A DNA stretch of 63,912 nt, filler included, from Olpidium bornovanus S191 (Eukaryota; Fungi; Olpidiomycota): NCBI GenBank assembly GCA_017911155.1. It is 27 parts of 27 records of this genome, joined end to end, with 100 filler letters (N's around TTAATTAATTAA, not from the genome) between each part and the next. Parts side by side here need not be neighbours in the genome. Positions count along the whole stretch, not along the records: positions 46,674 to 49,580 come from JAEFCI010007445.1; positions 49,681 to 52,003 come from JAEFCI010003824.1; positions 52,104 to 53,783 come from JAEFCI010004557.1; positions 53,884 to 56,274 come from JAEFCI010003970.1; positions 56,375 to 57,553 come from JAEFCI010001775.1; positions 57,654 to 58,835 come from JAEFCI010001589.1; positions 58,936 to 60,497 come from JAEFCI010002253.1; 20 more parts are not named here. The stretch is one strand, 5' to 3'. How positions within the stretch are numbered: position 1 is the stretch's first letter; each line of letters starts with the position of its first letter. Under the pieces are notes generated by a model. It was not told the origin of the DNA and did no database searches. It saw only the letters and a program-made list of their open reading frames with translations. The position numbers and the translations under genes are program-made. Shown piece by piece: positions 46,674 to 59,180 of the stretch.

Positions 46674-49580
46674 GTCCAGCAACACCGACTCGACGCCCCG
46701 GATAGAAGCCTTCGAGGGGCCCGCATTAGTTAAAACTTCGTCGCTCAATGTACAAGTGTGAATTATGAGCTTCTCGGCGTCCGTTCGATTCAACCGGCCA
46801 AGAGTGAGACGAATCGTTCCAATGTCCTCGGATGCAATTCGCTGGATTGCCGAGCTACAATCGCTGAGGGACCTTGTAATGCAAACGGTCCTGATCTGAG
46901 GAAATGGCCTGTTAGCGAAACGAGCTGTGTGCAACAGTGGCCGTTGTTTTTCTTACAGTAGGAAAGCGCAGAATGAGCGAACGGATGAGGGATATGCTCA
47001 ATTGGTCTGCCCCTGTTGCGATTCACGGGAACATGCCATCAGTGCGTGAAAACAACTTGTTGTCCCAAATGCTAACCGCCATTTTAGAGAGCAAAAAAAT
47101 CCTCATCACGCAATACGAACACTGCAGTTCGTCGAGCACTAGGAGAAGCGGAACCTGGGCGCAGACAAATGCCGCAATGGACATAGCCAGGTTTCGTACT
47201 AGCTCTTCGCGCGCCTTCCCTGTGGCCGGCGCGGTGAAATCGTTGTCAGGAGCCCGCAGCACTGGGACTAGGGCGTTCAGGAGGGGCGTCTGTCGGATGT
47301 CTTCGCCAACGGCCTCCAGCACTGTCCGCACAATGCGGTGAATGTTGAGGGTATCCTTAGTACCGGGGCTTCGGGAAAGGTACTCGGTGGCCTGCGTCAC
47401 CGACAGTTCGGCCACATCGTCAGCCAGAGACGACATTTGCGGCTGGGAGCAGCAGAGCATGTAAGCCTTTATGAGGATGATTTGAAAAACCGGCTGAAAG
47501 AGGGCGTAGGACGATGTCTTGTCGGCTAACGTGGCAAAGATAATACATAGATTCCATCCATTACCCCGTCAAGAATATTAGCAGGGCCACAAAATTCGCA
47601 ATGGACAGCAACAAACCCTCAACTGCCGACGCGCATCTGCGTCGCCCCAGGAGATGAAGTGAGGTGAGAATGGGTATAGAATCGCGCCGAATGATTTCGG
47701 ATAAGCATTCACGGGATGACCTACGCAATATTCAAGCCACTCTTTTCGGCTTTCTGCCGAACATAGTTGGCAAACAAAGTTTTGCCGCTTCCTGGAGCGC
47801 CCTACAGAAAAAGAGTTTGATCGAGTAAATTGACCCCCCAGATCACAGCCATAGAAAATTTTCAAACCGCGCCGGATTTGGACGTCGGACGTCGACGTAA
47901 ATCCGAGATGAATTTCGCAAGTGCATTGACCTTCCCCACTAGTATACGCAAAATCCGGCGCGACAAAATCCGACGGTGGATACCAAAGCCTAACCTTAAT
48001 ACCTCCCTAACCTCTGCCGTTTGGGGTGCCGTGGCCACGACAAAAAAAAAACCTACCTCAATAAATACATGCCGCGGAGATCCAGCAGCGGCGGACTCGG
48101 GGAGGATGTTGGCGCCGTTGGAAACAGATATTTCGTTCAGAAAAGAGCGTAGCAACTCCAACTCGGCGACATATCCTAATATCCCGGAATCCCCTGCTTG
48201 CGGGTCCTCTGAGGAACAAACCCAAAGGCCGACCTTGCCTTCAGGCGGTACTGCTGTCGCTGCCATATACAAGTAGTCGCGCGGCGCAATGTGTTGACTT
48301 GATTGAAATTTCCACTGCGCCCCAGGCCAACCTGCCACCCAGGTTTGGTCACTTTGTCGTGAACTTTTTCTGAACGTTTGCCTCAATGGCCTGGTTCTTG
48401 AAGTTAACCTGTCGCTTGCAGCGGTGAACCTGACGCCGAAAACCGAGCACTCACGAGCGGTTAGCTTGTTACGGGGATATTGGTAGAAAAGGCGTGCCAG
48501 GCGTATGATCAAACGGCAAACGTGGCGCCCAAGTGTTCTCCCCGACGTCGCGTCAGGTAACATTACGTTAAAGCTCTCGGCCGCCGCTGTCCTCCTCACC
48601 GACGGAACCGGTGGTGAGGTTGCGCGGATTTGGGGCGGCCTCCGTTTTTTTTTCTTTTTTTTCCGTTTTTCTTCCTTTTTTTTCCTTCTTCTCCCGGCAA
48701 CATGGTTTGCGTGCAGGCGGACAACGAGACCTTCCTTTCTTCCACGGATATGTCCGCCCTGCGCCGCTTCCGTCTCCACGCCGACAGACTGCAAACGGTC
48801 TTGCGGGATTCACCTGCGCGTTTCTTGCTCCCGCTGACGACTCTGATAAGCGCTCGGCAGATAATTCCCGCCAATCTCTTTCGCGCGCGTGCGCGCCGCC
48901 AGCGACCGTCCCCTTGGTGCCTTGTCGGGCGAAGAAAGACATCGGCACGAGTCTAGGCGCTCCTGCCGCAACTGACACCGCGACGGCATCCACCCCTCCC
49001 CCCTCTTTCCGCCCCCTTTCTTCCTTCGGAGAGGGGATGTTAGGCGTGCCTCCTTTGTGTTTGTTACGTGGAAGGCACCATACTCTCTCCCTTCTTCGGC
49101 CTCCACCCTCCCCCGCCCCCGGGGGGTGCTAGCGCCAAAGAGACCCTTTCTCTGACCGTGAACTATTTCAATCTCGAAATTACACGAGCAAAACGTGCTG
49201 CGGCCCATGCCCAAACTGCTCGGTATACAGCACCCGAAATCCCTTTCCGCGGCCTTTCAGACGCTGAGATCGCAGCGCACACGTCACTGGACCTCTCCGA
49301 GCACGAGTCGGACGGTGGAGAGGGGGGGAACCGGGTTCCAGCTGGCCGAATCCAAATGGGAGATCCCATGTACTTGCCTCTGGGTCCAATTTCCCTACTG
49401 GTAGCACAACCCATTCGATCACACTGTCTTTTTCCCGTAACCGCTCTGCGGTATCTTCGCATGCGCACGCGTACAGTATTGCGCTTTCCGCCGTTTGCGG
49501 CCGTGGGATTGCGCCACGCGAGACTTCCAATTGGGATGTGCCCGCACACCGGGGAAATTATCCTAAACAATTTACTGTAA
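46674..49580 (-). CDS. Soluble adenylate cyclase (ADCY10)-like class III cyclase plus STAND/AAA ATPase protein, internal fragment
   Basis: Minus-strand exons in the expected order: cyclase-tail-like AILYAC.EDTA...RLKGRGKG.RVLY, ILGYVAELELLRSFL, Walker A GAPGSGKT (about 47801-47778), TPLLNALVP....DNDFT...TGKAREEL, Walker B PLLLVLDE, VCITRS, IRLTLGRLNRTDAEKLI. The ATPase part is well supported; the cyclase part is weak. Confidence 0.6.
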
Positions 49581-49700
49581 NNNNNNNNNNNNNNNNNNNN
49601 NNNNNNNNNNNNNNNNNNNNNNNNTTAATTAATTAANNNNNNNNNNNNNNNNNNNNNNNNNNNNNNNNNNNNNNNNNNNNCCAAAAAAAAAAAAAAAAAA

Positions 49701-49734
<34 letters not shown>

Positions 49735-49756
49735 GTGTTCCCACGGGGCGGGGGGG

Positions 49757-49798
<42 letters not shown>

Positions 49799-49951
49799 TT
49801 CGAGGGAAAAGAAAGACGAACAGAGAGAAACGACGAGAACGGAAAAAAAAAAAGAAAAAAAAAAGGAAGGAGGAGGAGGAGGAGGAGGAGGAGGAGGAGG
49901 AGGAAGAAGAGAAAAGAAAAGAACAGGAAAAAAAGAAGAACAAAAAAAAAA

Positions 49952-51021
49952 ATGGCCGCACCACAACAGAAGGTCGACGTCAGCGTAAGGCCCGCACTTC
50001 CCGTCCCCCTTCTCCTCCTGCCGGCGAGGGAAACGAGGAGGCCAGGAGGCGGAGAGGGTGGGGAGGAGGAGGTGCACCCGTGGGGGAGGTGACGAAACGT
50101 CGAAAACCTCTGAAGGACAAAAGAGTATTGAGCGTCCCGAAATTCGCTCTCTCTGTCCCTCAGCTCTCCTCCTCCCCTCCCCGCTTTCCTCGCGGATCCT
50201 TTCCCCCCTGCTCCGCCTCGCCCTCCACCGACACCGTCCTTTCTTTTCCTTGGCAGCCAGCGTCCTTTTTTTTTTTTTTTTTTTTTTTTGCCGTGGGCCG
50301 CCTTCGTTTTATTGCGCCGGTTCACTCACATGCTTCCCCCTTTTTTTCCCTTTTCGTTTCGCATGCATTCATTCACAGAACAGAAGCTGACCGAGGAGGA
50401 GAAGAAGGTGTACCAGAAGTACGGGAAACTGCCCACGGGGAAGGACCTCCTGGGCCATAAGTTAAAGGTGAGAGATTCGGGTGAACCACGAAATTGGCCG
50501 AGAGAGGTAGAGAGAAAAAGAGAGAGACAGGAAGAGAGTGCGAGAGAGAGAGAGAGAGAGAATGAGAGAATGAGAGAGAGAAGAGAGGGGCGGGGGGAGA
50601 GAGAGGGAGAGAGAGAGAGAGCCCGACCCCGTGGTGTTGTATGACGTCGTCACCGCGGGCGATTTTCTGTTATTAATACCGACCGGATGGACGCGCTCTG
50701 ATCGCTTGACCTGCGGGGAAAAGAGGAAAGGTGTCGCCGAAACGGTGCCCACTTTTCTTTTCTTTTCTTTTTATTGTGCTTCCCTCACCGTCGTTTTTTT
50801 TTTTTTTTTTTTTTCGTTCCGGCGCCGCGGTTTGCCAGGACCGAAAGTATTTCGATTCCGGCGACTACGCCATGAATAAGGCCGGCAAGACCACGGGCCC
50901 CGTCGGGACGAGCCACCCGTCTCCGGAGAACATTCCCCACTCGAACCCGGATCCGCACCACTCGAGCTCCCCGGCCAAGGAGAGCTCCCTGGTCCATGAG
51001 GCCGCCGCCGCCGCCAAGTAG
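49952..51021 (+). CDS. IGO1: Endosulfine / ARPP-19 family protein (Igo1/Igo2), complete, 99 aa, 3 exons
   Basis: Exons 49952-49984, 50384-50467, 50839-51021 total 300 nt: MAAPQQKVDVSKLTEEEKKVYQKYGKLP...KDRKYFDSGDYAMNKAG...HPSPENIPH. FDSGDY is the Greatwall/Rim15 site. Confidence 0.93.
50503..50620. repeat. Intronic (GA)n microsatellite
   Basis: Interrupted GA/AG repeat in endosulfine intron 2. Confidence 0.85.
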
Positions 51022-51649
51022 CATTGGGCAAAGAGGCGCACCACCTTTTGACTCTCCCCAGGTCTTTTGATTACTTTGATAGTTCTCTCTCTGCCTGCTT
51101 TGATCCGGCAAACTCTCCCGCCTCCCCTGCCCCCTCCCACTACTCCTCCCTTCCCCCCCCCACCCCCGCCGCGCTTCCCCTTCTGACGGTTTATACCGAT
51201 TCGAATCTGTTCGAGTTTTTTTTTGTAAGCAACTTTCTTTTTCCAGTTTCGTGTAATGCCAGGGAATGAACAAGAGTTCGCCGCCCAGTAACCCCCCTCG
51301 TTCGGCTTGTCTTTTTTCCCTTTTCCCTTCCTCCCTACCCCCCCGTCCGTCTGCTTCTTCCTCTTCTCTCGTCCTACTTGTCACTTCCAGGCACTTCAAA
51401 CCATCTCGATGAAAATGCCGATCGAGTTTGGCCGACCGATCGTGGCGTCGCGTGCTCCACGAAATGAGGGTCTTGCGGTTTCCCAACTTTTTTTTACTAA
51501 GGATGTTTTTTTATACAAAGTTCTTGACGTTTCGGTTGGCTTTTGACCGGGGCCATAGGATGACCATGCAAGTTAAGCTTTGCGCTGCCGAGGGATAAAA
51601 GAAAGGTTAAGAATGGGAGGGGAGGCAAAAAAAAGCTGCCGACCCGATT

Positions 51650-51816
51650 CTATTCCTCTGGTTTAATCTTCGCGATAAGATCGCCCGCCGTGAGTGTATC
51701 GCCTTCCCGAACTGCAACCCGCTCCACCGTTCCGGACACCGGAGCGGTCACAATGGTCTCCATCTTCATCGCCGCCATCGAGCAAACGGCATCGCCGGCC
51801 GCGACTCGCGCGCCCT
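51650..51816 (-). CDS. Terminal exon encoding a biotin-carrier domain, most similar to the pyruvate carboxylase C-terminus
   Basis: GARVAAGDAVCSMAAMKMETIVTAPVSGTVERVAVREGDTLTAGDLIAKIKPEE* contains the AMKM biotinylation motif. Upstream exons are not recognisable on this contig. Confidence 0.78.
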
Positions 51817-51819
51817 CTT

Positions 51820-51867
<48 letters not shown>

Positions 51868-52918
51868 AAGGGGGAAAGGGGTGGTTCGATCAATCGACTG
51901 ATCTTGCAAATATTTGGCTCTCCTCGCCCACCGGTGATTTCGGGTTCCCGAACCGCTTGGCGTCGTCTACTTTTTTCGTTTCCGGGACGGCGAGCCGAAG
52001 ATCNNNNNNNNNNNNNNNNNNNNNNNNNNNNNNNNNNNNNNNNNNNNTTAATTAATTAANNNNNNNNNNNNNNNNNNNNNNNNNNNNNNNNNNNNNNNNN
52101 NNNCATGGCCGGAGCCGTTCGCGCGGGCCAGCGAAACGAGCTCCAGAGGCCGCGACGCCAGGGAGCTTCTTTCCGGCGGCGTTGGCGTTGGCGGCGGCGA
52201 CCGCGGCGACCGCCGGCGTTGCACTGACCAGGGCGACGGCGTCGTCAGCCTGGCCTTTGGTCACGAGCATCCTGGACCCCCACTTGGCGGCGGGTCACGT
52301 TCGCAGTGTCCCTCCCCCGTTGCCTGTTGTCTCGTTGCCGAGGTTGCCCTCCGGGGCGAAGAAGAGTGTGAGAGAGAGAGTGTGTGTGTGTGTGTCCGCC
52401 GGGGTTTTTTTTTTTTTTTTTTTTCCTTCTGTTTGTGGGGTGTTGTGATTTTTTTTTTTTTTTTCCTCTCACCCGCGCGCAAACACAGTTCCCTCCGAGG
52501 CCCTGCGCCCGCCCCTTTTTTCCCGTGACATATACATATTTATGTAGTATATGTGTACACGAAGAACCGGCCGGGGAGCGTGCGCGCGTGAAGTCACCCT
52601 TCCCCCGCCCACGCCCACCACGCCATTCTGCCTTCCTCCTCGTCCGTTTCCTCGTCCTCCTTCTCCTCCTCCTCCTCCTCCTGCTCCTCCTTCTCTGCCG
52701 CCGCACGCGCGCGCGCACGTACCCCCTCCGAGAGCAAGCTGCCTCTGGGACGGCCCGCGGCGTTACGGCGCACACCCGGCCGTGGGGTGGAGTGCGGAGA
52801 GGCCCGGGCCGGGCGGCCGCCCCTCATCCTCGTCACCCCGCAATTCCGTCGGGAAGGTAAAAGCGCCACGCTACCAGACTTTTCTTTTTGGGAGCAGGAG
52901 GTCGTCACGCAAACAAAA

Positions 52919-52951
<33 letters not shown>

Positions 52952-53883
52952 CCTGCGCCCGCCGTCCGTCCGACGCAGCCCTGTTCCTTTTCCCCTCGGG
53001 TCGACGCACCGCGCGCGACGACCGCGGGGCTGAGCGAGCTGGGCGGGAAAAGCCCCGGGTGGGGGGGGTCGCGCGCGGCGGCCTCTCCTCGGCGCGCAAA
53101 CCTCCCTTTCTCCCTTCCTCTCCGACTGGGTGAGGCCGCCTGCGGCGCGCAAGCGGCCAGGCCGTGCGGAGCGAGGCACGGCGATTCGCTCGTTACCGTG
53201 TCCTGCCCCCCCCCCCCCCCCCCCCCCCCCGTCCCTGCCGCACACGCGCGCTCGGCGCGGCGCCCAACGCAACGTCGCCTCCTCCGGAATGAATCATACA
53301 CGCGTTCCGCCGATTCCCTCCTCGACCGCCGCCAGCCAGACCGGCCCAGTGAAACGTGGTGCCGTGTGCAAGCCCTGGGCACTGCCGTTCCGGGGAGCAA
53401 GGGCGCAGCGCAGCATAAGCGATTCCGCGACGAGAGCAACTTCCGCCCGCCCAAACCTTGTGAGACCTAGTATAAATGGAGTCGGGAATTTAACCGCCGC
53501 AGAATTTGAGGTAACAGAAATTCCTCCGCCCTAGTGGCTGGGGTTTCCACAACTCGGCCAAACGGGCACAAAAAAAAAAACAATCTGGAAACATACAATT
53601 CTGCACGGCGACAGCAGGTACAAGTGAGCTAACTATCAGACGATTCAGGAACCAGTCGTTAGGAGCAAAAAATCAGGCCTCCCGACCGAAGAAGGGCACT
53701 GGAGCAATCTTGCTCAAAATGCAAATGCCTATCTTGCCGGAGGAGCCGAAAGACTGTGTTTCTCTCTCCGACCCGTTCACATGNNNNNNNNNNNNNNNNN
53801 NNNNNNNNNNNNNNNNNNNNNNNNNNNTTAATTAATTAANNNNNNNNNNNNNNNNNNNNNNNNNNNNNNNNNNNNNNNNNNNN

Positions 53884-55301
53884 CGTCAATGAGCTCCGTC
53901 GCAGGGTATCCATTGCGAGACCACAGTAAGGAACACGCCACAGCAAAATGGGATTGCTGAAAGAGTCAATCGAACAATCGAGGACCGCGCCAGAGCAATC
54001 ATGGCAGCCGCACCTAATCTCCACGGGACCCGGCACGCGTTCCACTGCTCGCCGGCACGAAGAAGAGGGAGGAGAAACAGTATTACAAATGCGCCAAGCT
54101 GTCGAGCATTCGGCCACTTGCCAAAAACTAAAACTGAAAAAAAACGGAGGAAAGGGGGGAGGAGGGGGCGGGGGGTGGGTGGGGAGGGGGAGCAAGAAGC
54201 ACAACTTGACGCACGTAAAAGTCTCCGTCGTGCGGCGTCTCGAGGACCTGGCCCGTCGCCGCGCGCCACCTGCCGTGTCGGTGTTCGATGAAATCCGGTA
54301 CGAGACCGGTCGGCTGCTGGCCAGCCACACCTCTAAGAATTTCTATTGACGTGTTCAGCACGTGTAACCAGCCGGCGCTCCTCTCGGCGTCCTCTGCGGA
54401 AAGCATTGCCAAAAAAGGATAAGCGCGAAAATTCCGGACCGGCAAACGCGTACACATCGTTTTTTTTTTTCGTCTGGTAAGCGTGCCGACGCACCATGGT
54501 AAAAGGCGTTGAGGGGCGTGAGCAGGAAATCAGACGACCTTGTCAATTTGTCCTGATTGGAAGCGGGTTCGACCCAATCGCCGAGACGGAGCGAGTAAAG
54601 CTCCTTGTTGACGCAGTGATCCCAAAGGGCCTTGCAGATCCCAAGCGCCCTGAAGCGGTAGGCCTGGTTCCCCCATTTCCTCGCGGCCAGGAACAGGGCA
54701 TAGGCAATGTCGAGATCGCCGTCGGTAGCTGGCTAGGCGAGTAGTATCAGCGCGGGCCAGGCGACGGCGTAGGCAGGCCAGGAAAAGGACATTGCTTGGC
54801 CGGCCGATTTAAGCTTTACCGCAGTTCTCGCCGCCGTCGCCGGAAGGCCTGAACTCGCCGTGGTCGTCCATTTGCTGAGACGACAATTGGTTCCAGCCGG
54901 CCGAATACTCCTTCGCTATCTTTCGAACCCCAGCGTGCTCTTTTGCTTCACCCTACCTGCCACCCCATGAGGCCCTTGGCGTTGACGAACATGTCCACAT
55001 ACCGCAAAAACGAGTCGAAGTCCTGCTGCACGCCGGCCAGGCAGCTGATGAGGAGGGCATAACCCTGGGCCTGTGGTAGAAAACCGGAGAAAGGTCCCCG
55101 TGAGTCCAGATGCGTTCGCCGTGGATCCGTTTACGTTTCCCCCCTTCCCTTTTTCCTCCGACCAGCGGATAGCCCTCGTACCTCGCTGCAGCTCACGATG
55201 TTCGGGCCTGCTTCGTGGGGCGCGTCGTAGTACACGTAGAGGGAGTAGCCCTTATACGGCCGGACGTACTTCGCCCTCCATCCCGGGTAGTCGAGCACCA
55301 T
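53884..55301 (-). CDS. Glycoside hydrolase family 8 (chitosanase/endoglucanase type), at least 6 exons, 3'-truncated
   Basis: Exons 55301?-55182, 55070-54957, about 54880-54820, 54728-54495, 54393-54215 and 54044 onward splice in frame: VSCSE|AQGYALL, GLMGWQ, NCATDGDLDIAYALFLAARKWG, LRLGDW, TRSSDF, TGLVPDF, LETPHDGDFY|WNACRVPWRL. Confidence 0.92.
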
Positions 55302-57445
55302 CCCCGAGGTTTTGAGCCGGGATGTCTTTTTCCTTCTCGAACCGGCGAGAACGCGGGGGCCGTGAGCCACGGCGGTCCATCACCTGTTTCTCCCCCGGTT
55401 GGCTGCCGCTCCTGACGCGTGCGAAGGCCAGGGGGAAGTGTCACGCAGGGAACGCGGGGCGCGGGGCGCCCCGACTAAGGGTCTATGCGTGCACCAGAAA
55501 ACGAGTATGTGCAGCAAGGGCACGGCTCCGGACGATCGGAAAATCGCTTTGTGCAATCACCGCCCCAAGGAGTGCAGCAGGAGGGGCGTAGTGGAGCTCG
55601 CCCTTTCTTGCTGCAGGGACGTTTCTCAAAGAAGCCATGTCTTAGTGCCTTTGAGGAAGCATGCCTTGTCGGATTCGAGAAATTTACCTCGTTGTCTGCG
55701 AGATTCCGCAGGATCAGAGGATTCCCTCTTGGACACCACGTTTACAACTCAAAAGTTGGCTGCTGTTGCGACAAGGAAGGGGCCGACGAAATCAAACATG
55801 AAACGACGCAAGGAGACAGGCACGTCGTGTTTTTTTTTTGTGCTCTTGAGGCGGTTTGCATCTGGGACGGAAGCGGCGCAACTGCAGATGCCGCTGCCCG
55901 AAGTAGCCAGAAGCAGAATCGATAATGTAACCGGAGAGCGTATCCTTTAGTATGCATTAACACTCCGCGCTCGAGGGATCTGGATGTATGCATCCATTTG
56001 GAAGGTTCCCGGATTATTCTTGTGGTTTTTGAGATTCACGGGATATGCAACTTCGGGCGATTTGTTGTTTGGATGCCGGCAAATGCCAGGTGGGCGGCAG
56101 CTTTTGATGGGCGGGGCCGGCGGCAGTGACCGACGACAAGGAGGTATTGGCAGCAGTGCACGGCAGTCGCGAGAGCTTGGTCCTCGTCGATCGCGCCCTC
56201 CGGGCGCCGCGTGACACTGGCGTGGCGGAGCTTGCGCTGCTGCTCTGGCGCTGCTGCTCTGGCGTCACGCATGANNNNNNNNNNNNNNNNNNNNNNNNNN
56301 NNNNNNNNNNNNNNNNNNTTAATTAATTAANNNNNNNNNNNNNNNNNNNNNNNNNNNNNNNNNNNNNNNNNNNNCGCAAACGGGGTTAGCCCTACACGCC
56401 GAAGGTAACGAGAGCAACCCCGAACGGCAATGTCATACTTCGTCACCAGCACGTGACTTAGCGTGTCTCGGTGCATGTAACTGCGCTCATACATGGAAAG
56501 TTCACTATCGCAAAGCGCTTTCTTCCCCCCCCCCCTCTCTTCCCATCCGCGCTTCCCTTGGTGTGCAAGTTGGAAGGCGGTGATGGGGGGGCCGGCGGCG
56601 GGGTGCCCAAGTGAGGTGGGACGCCGGGGAAGGCCCGGGCGGGAAAATTTTTTTCCCCGAAAGCAGAGAGGTAGGGCGCTTATCTCAAAAACATTTATTT
56701 TTTTTCAATTTTTTGGTACAAAACGCCATGCTTCTGCGAAATAGTAGCACAGCCGGCGAGCGGAGGCGCAAGTTTCCGCGAGCGGGATATGCCGCGGCAA
56801 TTTCGAACGTGATGAGCGCGGTGAACATTTTGTAAGGTACATGTGCAAACCACAAGAGGCGAAATGCTAATCAAAGTTACAGAATCCCACCCTAGGGCAG
56901 CGGGGGGCCTACGCTGGCCGTCGAGCGAAGCGGCGTGTGGCGACATGGAAGCCAAAGCCGCCCAGCTGCAGCAGTGCAGGAAGGCTGCGGCAGGCGCCGG
57001 TTTCGAGGATCCAAAACGCAAGACTGGCAGCCCGGCACACGGCCGCTGCTGTCCACACGTAACGCCCCGCTGCTCCCAGAACCCGGGCGGCTCTCGCGTG
57101 TTGGTCCGGCCGTCGAAGAGCCCGATGCGTTCTCGCTTCACGCTCCAGGGTGCATTCGCTAACGAGTTCACGTGGCAAAGGAAACGCCCACAGGAGAGTA
57201 TAACGTGATACTGCGCCCCCTGGCAGCGGGCTCATTGACGAATGCCAGCGTGCGCGTCGTCACCGACGCTAGCTGGGCACACCAGTCAAAGCGAAAACTG
57301 GCATTTCTGATCCACAAGACGACACGGCCGGCAGAATCATCCTGCTCCTTGAACTCGGTCCCGTACCGGCGGCGCAGCAAATTTTGCGACGAAGAATGAA
57401 CGGCAACGAAAATGCGCTTTCTCCGCGCTTGTATCTACCTCGTAT

Positions 57446-57482
<37 letters not shown>

Positions 57483-58583
57483 GCGGCGTACTTTCCCCCC
57501 TTAAAAGAAGGGGAACCCCCACAGAAACGACACCGCCTCGCCCGCGCCAGGCGNNNNNNNNNNNNNNNNNNNNNNNNNNNNNNNNNNNNNNNNNNNNTTA
57601 ATTAATTAANNNNNNNNNNNNNNNNNNNNNNNNNNNNNNNNNNNNNNNNNNNNCCCCCCCCCCCCCCCCCCCCCCGCCTTCTGGATGTCAACCCCTGGCG
57701 AGCCCCACGGGGTTTTTACCGGCGCCGTCGTCCTACACGTTAGAATGACATTTTGTTGTCGGCGACGCGTTTACGAATGACGTGCGAGCCGGGGAAGGCG
57801 AAACGACTGCGCCGAGCGCAGCTTCGCGCGGGGAGGAGATTGCGTTGGGGGGGAGGGGAGGGGGGGAAAGACCGGAAAAGACTCCAAAGCTGTTGCGTGC
57901 GGGTGGGGTGGGCAAGAGACGATAAAAAGAAAGCTTTCTCTAAAGGGCGGAGTCTCGAACGGGCACCGGGTCGCGCTTTGTACGCCCACATTCATCGCCG
58001 CCAGGGCTGCAGGGCGGGGCTCACGATAAAATGCCACTGGCGTTTTCACGTGCGGTCTTTTTTGGCCCCCCCCCCCCCCCCCCGTTTCCCTGCCGAATTC
58101 GCGTCTTTCCAGCCGCTCGCTTCGCCCTCAATACGGGCTCTCCTCTCCGGCAAAAAAACCGTCCGGGATTTTCCGTCGCCTAAAACCGGGCGTTTTTCGG
58201 CCTCCCCTCGCTGTGACGCGCACGCACCTCGTTTCCTCCCTCCGCCCCGCACTTCCGTCGTCAGTCATCACCATCAAATCATCAAATCATTCGATAATCA
58301 CCACCAATCACCAAGCGCCAATCCATCGAAACCCGCCAACCCGTCAATCACCTCGCGCCGGGGCGGGGAAATTCTCCGGCGGCTTCCCGGGCCCCCCGAA
58401 AAACGCTGAAAAGCGCCCGGCGCTCCGCCGCGTTTGGAGAGAGGAGCGGGCGCGCCCAGAACTTTTCGTCGCCGGCCCGTTGCAGGAAAAGGAAAACTGC
58501 CGCCGCCATCGGCGGCACGAAAACAAGGAAAACGGCCACCCCCCGCCCGCGGGCCCTCGGGCGGCTCAGCGAAAAAGGCGGCT

Positions 58584-58621
<38 letters not shown>

Positions 58622-59180
58622 CCTCCTCGACGTCCCCGGCCGACGCGTTCCGCCGGCCAAGCCCTCCCGCGCGCCCCAACGCCGCGCGAGATGACCCCGC
58701 GCCTTGGCGGCCAGCATGAGCCGCGCAGACCCGCCTTCATAACCCGCGGCATCGGCCGTCAGGATCCACCAGGCCCTCGGGTCTGGCTTTCGCTTTCGGT
58801 AGGCCCAAGTTCCGCGAGCAGACGTTCAACGTGGCNNNNNNNNNNNNNNNNNNNNNNNNNNNNNNNNNNNNNNNNNNNNTTAATTAATTAANNNNNNNNN
58901 NNNNNNNNNNNNNNNNNNNNNNNNNNNNNNNNNNNCATGGGGCTCACTGGCTCGATGGTTTCGCCGAATTTTTGACCCACGTCGACGCACCCCTAAAAGT
59001 AGAGATCGCCTGGAGAAATCGCCGCTCGGGCACACAATACTTTTATAAAGTACATAAGACCGAAACGATCTTTAAGAAGCCAAAAATCGATGATCCATAT
59101 GGTGCCAAATAGTAAATATGAGTACTATGTAATTGCATACTACTAATTGGCAGCAGCGGGCTACTCCCCAGTATTGGGCT

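Noticed and set aside
55560-55830. Gypsy integrase-like DFVGPF...VVNVVSK on the minus strand
   Set aside because: A single short motif with an internal stop and no convincing downstream D or E motifs.
56843-57399. Possible beta-sandwich (ASH/MSP-like) flagellar protein exons
   Set aside because: Impression from beta-strand periodicity only; no diagnostic motif.
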